Below, piece after piece: positions 60,860 to 64,000 of a stretch of DNA of 64,000 nt (positions are counted from its first letter, which is position 1; each line of letters opens with the position of its first letter). Origin of the DNA: Candidatus Poribacteria bacterium (lineage in GTDB: Bacteria; Poribacteria; WGA-4E; WGA-3G). The notes beneath the pieces are model-generated. The model worked only from the letters and a program-made list of their open reading frames with translations. It had not been told where the DNA came from and did no database searches. Location: NCBI GenBank assembly GCA_963665235.2, contig CAXXLX010000001.1:3072001-3136000 (forward strand). The letters run 5' to 3'. The position numbers and the translations under genes are program-made.

Positions 60860-62062
60860 ATGCGAAAAAAGATAGGTGTTCTAACGGGGGGTGGTGATAC
60901 AAGTGCACTCAACGCTACCCTCAAAGGTATTGCATTGAGAGCCGAAGAACTCGGTTTCGAACTGGTAGGATTCATGGAGGGGTGGCGAGGCGTTTTGCAA
61001 GGCGGACGCTACTTTACCCTCACCCCTGACCTCATCGATGAGAACCAAGGCGGAACGCTTCTAAAAAGTTCACGGACCAACCTTATCGCAATGGATAAAC
61101 TAGATGAAGCCATTGAAAATCTGAAAAAATTGGACATCAGCGGACTCATTCCGATTGGCGGTGATGATACATTGACAGTCGGTACCGCCCTTTCAGAACA
61201 ATTCACAACGGCGTTCGTCACAAAGACGATTGATAACGATGTCGGTCTCAATCCGCCGTACGGGGATTCTGTCGATTACTCTAAGATGATTAACTATTTC
61301 TGCCCCGGCTTCCCAACAGCGGCGAGTCGTGTTATTGATGCAGTCCGCGATTTACGGACCACGACCTATTCACATGACCGCGTCATTATCGTTGAAGCGA
61401 TGGGACGAGATGCGGGGTGGTTGACACTGTCCGCAGCTTATGGACTGGCGGACCTTATCGTTGTACCAGAGGTGCCCTATCAACCGGATAGATTGGCGGA
61501 AGCAATCGGAAAAAAACATAAGGAGCAGGGAAATGTCATCGTCGTCGTCTCGGAAGGCATCCGAAATGATGCAGGTGAATTAATGATAACTTCACAGGCG
61601 GAACTTGACGCGTTCGGACACACGAAGCCGGGCGGATGTTCAGAAATTATCGTCGAAGCTATGAAGAAACGGCTCCCGGAGATTTCAAGTTCAGCGTTTC
61701 GTGCCCTGATACTTGGATATCTACAAAGGTGCGGCAGCCCGATACCTCTGGATAGAGACACCGCTATTAAAGCGGGAGCACTTGCGGTGCGTGCCCTCGC
61801 TGATGGTATGCGGGACGGTGTCGCGACGATTGCGCGAACGGATGCGGGTATAGAGCCTGCCCTGCTACCGCTGGACCAGGTGTTGAAACGGGATGAAACT
61901 GGACATGTTATCCGTCGAAGCCTTGACCCCCGTTTTTACGACAGTGAAAACTACCAGTTGTCACCTGCTGGTGCCGGGTATTTCCGGCCCCTCTTCGGTG
62001 ACCTCCCGCGTTGTGCGTTATCCTTAAGGGACCGGCGGATTGATATAGGCGAAATTGCATGA
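60860..62062 (+). CDS. 6-phosphofructokinase, PPi-type signature
   Basis: TGGGD, GGDDT (Asp at the donor-specificity site), KTIDND, MGRDAGW, GYLQR. Confidence 0.9.
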   Translation: MRKKIGVLTGGGDTSALNATLKGIALRAEELGFELVGFMEGWRGVLQGGRYFTLTPDLIDENQGGTLLKSSRTNLIAMDKLDEAIENLKKLDISGLIPIGGDDTLTVGTALSEQFTTAFVTKTIDNDVGLNPPYGDSVDYSKMINYFCPGFPTAASRVIDAVRDLRTTTYSHDRVIIVEAMGRDAGWLTLSAAYGLADLIVVPEVPYQPDRLAEAIGKKHKEQGNVIVVVSEGIRNDAGELMITSQAELDAFGHTKPGGCSEIIVEAMKKRLPEISSSAFRALILGYLQRCGSPIPLDRDTAIKAGALAVRALADGMRDGVATIARTDAGIEPALLPLDQVLKRDETGHVIRRSLDPRFYDSENYQLSPAGAGYFRPLFGDLPRCALSLRDRRIDIGEIA

Positions 62063-62071
62063 AAATATGCA

Positions 62072-62095
62072 GCGGGCGGTATTTGCACCGCCCGC
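62072..62095. terminator. Hairpin between convergent genes
   Basis: GCGGGCGGT-atttgc-ACCGCCCGC, a 9-bp stem. Confidence 0.55.
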
Positions 62096-62132
62096 CACCC
62101 TTTCTATATGTGCCTACAAATGCCTATTATCT

Positions 62133-62903
62133 TTATCGATGTGATGTGCCTCCAGCGCGTTTTAAGTCACCCCAACGCGTTGTCAATTTGCCACGCGCCT
62201 CAACTGGTAGGAGTGTGTCGACCCCATCGAGTAGACTGCTGATTTCGCCTTCGTCCAGGGCACGGGTGAAGACAGCTACGTCGTCCATTGCGCCTGCAAA
62301 TGTTTCACCATCGGACCCGCCAAGGCGGTATGTCTCATTGTTTCCGCGTGTTTCTTGGTAGTCGGTCTCCGCGACCTTCTCGCCGTTGGCATAAATTCTA
62401 AATTTATTACCATCGCTTGAAACGGCTACGTGTGTCCACTCATTCCCTTCGATGATGCCGTCTTCGGTCTGGCATAGGACTGTCCATCCACCGACCTGAC
62501 CACGCCAGGAGAGTAGCCTCTGATCTTTGTTCAAGAAGAGCGTATTGTGCCCAGCGGCCCCGGGGAGGCTTCGCCAGATATGCTCCCACGGGCTGCCCGT
62601 GAAATCCGGCTGTATCCAAGCCGAAAGTGTAAACGGGTCTGATTTGAAAATGTCTCCGTGAAGAGAGTCAGAGACTTTTAGCTCAACGTAAACGGTCGGA
62701 GGTAATTGAATAGCATCTCCGAATTTGCCTTTATCCCACTGGGCATCGCCTACAACTGTTCCATGGTTATCGTTTCCGGATGCGTCCTCTGGATTGCCGT
62801 TGAATGGGAAGTACGCCACTAAATCCGCATCTTCCGCGGTAATCCCTAAAGAGGTGCACATCAGTAAAAGAGTAAGTGCCAAAATTGACGTGAATAGTTT
62901 CAT
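62133..62903 (-). CDS. Secreted LamG/ConA-like domain protein
   Basis: Signal peptide, LVAYFPF, DASGNDNHG, FTLSAWI, WTHVA, FAGAMDDV, tail VEARGKLTTRWGDLK. Confidence 0.9.
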   Translation of the reverse strand: MKLFTSILALTLLLMCTSLGITAEDADLVAYFPFNGNPEDASGNDNHGTVVGDAQWDKGKFGDAIQLPPTVYVELKVSDSLHGDIFKSDPFTLSAWIQPDFTGSPWEHIWRSLPGAAGHNTLFLNKDQRLLSWRGQVGGWTVLCQTEDGIIEGNEWTHVAVSSDGNKFRIYANGEKVAETDYQETRGNNETYRLGGSDGETFAGAMDDVAVFTRALDEGEISSLLDGVDTLLPVEARGKLTTRWGDLKRAGGTSHR

Positions 62904-63361
62904 GAGAATTACTCCTTTTTCGCAAATGTCCACAATGCAAACAAAAAACCGCACTGAGACACTCCATAAAAAAGCGAAGTGTGCACGTGCGGGTATGTAA
63001 GGTATCGCAGCTTGTAACTCCTGCGACACTGCCTCGTGACAAAATAACAAATGTAAAATTATATAAGGGGGGGGGTAAACCGCTAGTTATAACACATCCG
63101 ATAGGGACGGGCCCAAAACATCCTAAAACGAATGACAGATATCGGATGCATTCATTTCTGAAGAGTGATCTGTTTTTCACTGTCGGGTCCCCCATAAAAT
63201 TTAAAGTCTATTCAAAAATTTCGCGCCATCACTCAAGAAAATAGCTTTTTGGGAAGGCACAAATTGAAATGGACTGCCTGTTCAGTATAGTGTATCAAAA
63301 AACCGTTTTTAGGGCAACCTTTCCTTTAAAGATTGACTATTTCTTCTTGAAAAAAATTCTC

Positions 63362-63390
63362 TTGCAAACTTAATCTAAATTGCGTATACT
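63362..63390 (+). promoter_or_regulatory. sigma70-like promoter of the helicase gene
   Basis: TTGCAA-17-TATACT. Confidence 0.6.
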
Positions 63391-63463
63391 ATATGCAATG
63401 TACATTAAACCGTGAAGTACAGAACTTACGTCCCCCGGAAACTACACAAGTGGAGGTATTTTT

Positions 63464-64000
63464 TTGACAGATAATTTATTAAGTGCTCTGAACGATGTCC
63501 AGCGTGAGGCTGTCCAACACACCGATGGCCCGCTGCTTATCTTATCCGGTGCGGGGAGCGGCAAAACACGTGTGATTACGCACCGTGTCGCATACCTGAT
63601 TAAACATCACGATGTTCCACCGTCCCGTATTCTTGCGGTAACATTTACGAACAAAGCGGCGAACGAGATGAAAACCCGGCTTGAGACGCTTCTGGAAACA
63701 GGTGTTAGCAAAAACCTGTGGGTCGCAACGTTCCATTCCACCTGTGCACGCATCCTGCGTCGAGATATTGAAAAATTGGAGCCGTATAACGGGCGTTTCA
63801 CAATTTACGATACAGGTGAGCAATATACCCTTATCAAAGGTATTCTTCGGGAACTCGGTTTGAGCGAAAAGACTCATAACCCGCGTGCTGTTCTCAGTCA
63901 TATCAGTCGCGTCAAAAACGATTTCCTAAAACCGACAGAGTACACTAACATCGCCAGCGGCTATTTTGAAAAAATTGTTGCGAGAGTCTACCCGGTGTAT
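63464..64000 (+). CDS. pcrA: PcrA/UvrD-family DNA helicase (5' part, runs off window; missing from the ORF track)
   Basis: GGAGG RBS and TTG start. Translates LNDVQREAV...GPLLILSGAGSGKTRVITHR...ILAVTFTNKAANEM...TFHS. Confidence 0.92.
   Translation, partial: MTDNLLSALNDVQREAVQHTDGPLLILSGAGSGKTRVITHRVAYLIKHHDVPPSRILAVTFTNKAANEMKTRLETLLETGVSKNLWVATFHSTCARILRRDIEKLEPYNGRFTIYDTGEQYTLIKGILRELGLSEKTHNPRAVLSHISRVKNDFLKPTEYTNIASGYFEKIVARVYPVY

Noticed and set aside
63399-63425. LexA/SOS box before pcrA (TGTAC...GTACA)
   Set aside because: The spacing fits no SOS box I know, and I saw no matching site near recA.

Overview
Bacterial chromosomal window, about 50 genes. It is most likely from Candidatus Poribacteria (inference from a LamG protein ending in VEARGKLTTRWGDLK, a dockerin-like module, trypsin-TPR and FGE-sulfatase paralogues, and an lpxI/lolA diderm envelope). 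Housekeeping genes include recA, thpR, pgsA, lolA, metH, mtnA, ino1, a PPi-type pfk, lpxI and a partial pcrA. The left end carries the arc and dop genes of a Pup/UBact-type proteasome locus. There is also an ECF sigma/anti-sigma/HtrA operon, sugar-acid and oxidoreductase genes, two DppA paralogues and a PIN toxin-antitoxin pair. Main highlights: (1) a hidden selenoprotein, split by the ORF track at an in-frame UGA in a UxxC motif and followed by a bacterial SECIS-like hairpin; (2) a cold-shock domain fused to two tandem Hfq/Sm-like domains; (3) a 476-bp ORF-less IS200/IS605 element with an intact IS608-type guide/cleavage code, its own sigma70 promoter and a structured omegaRNA-like body; (4) several MITE families carrying tandem REP-like hairpin cargo, three of which have target-site duplications overlapping the -10 box of a promoter. 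No rRNA, tRNA, true CRISPR array or reverse transcriptase was recognised. All calls come from reading the sequence by eye; no database searches were run.
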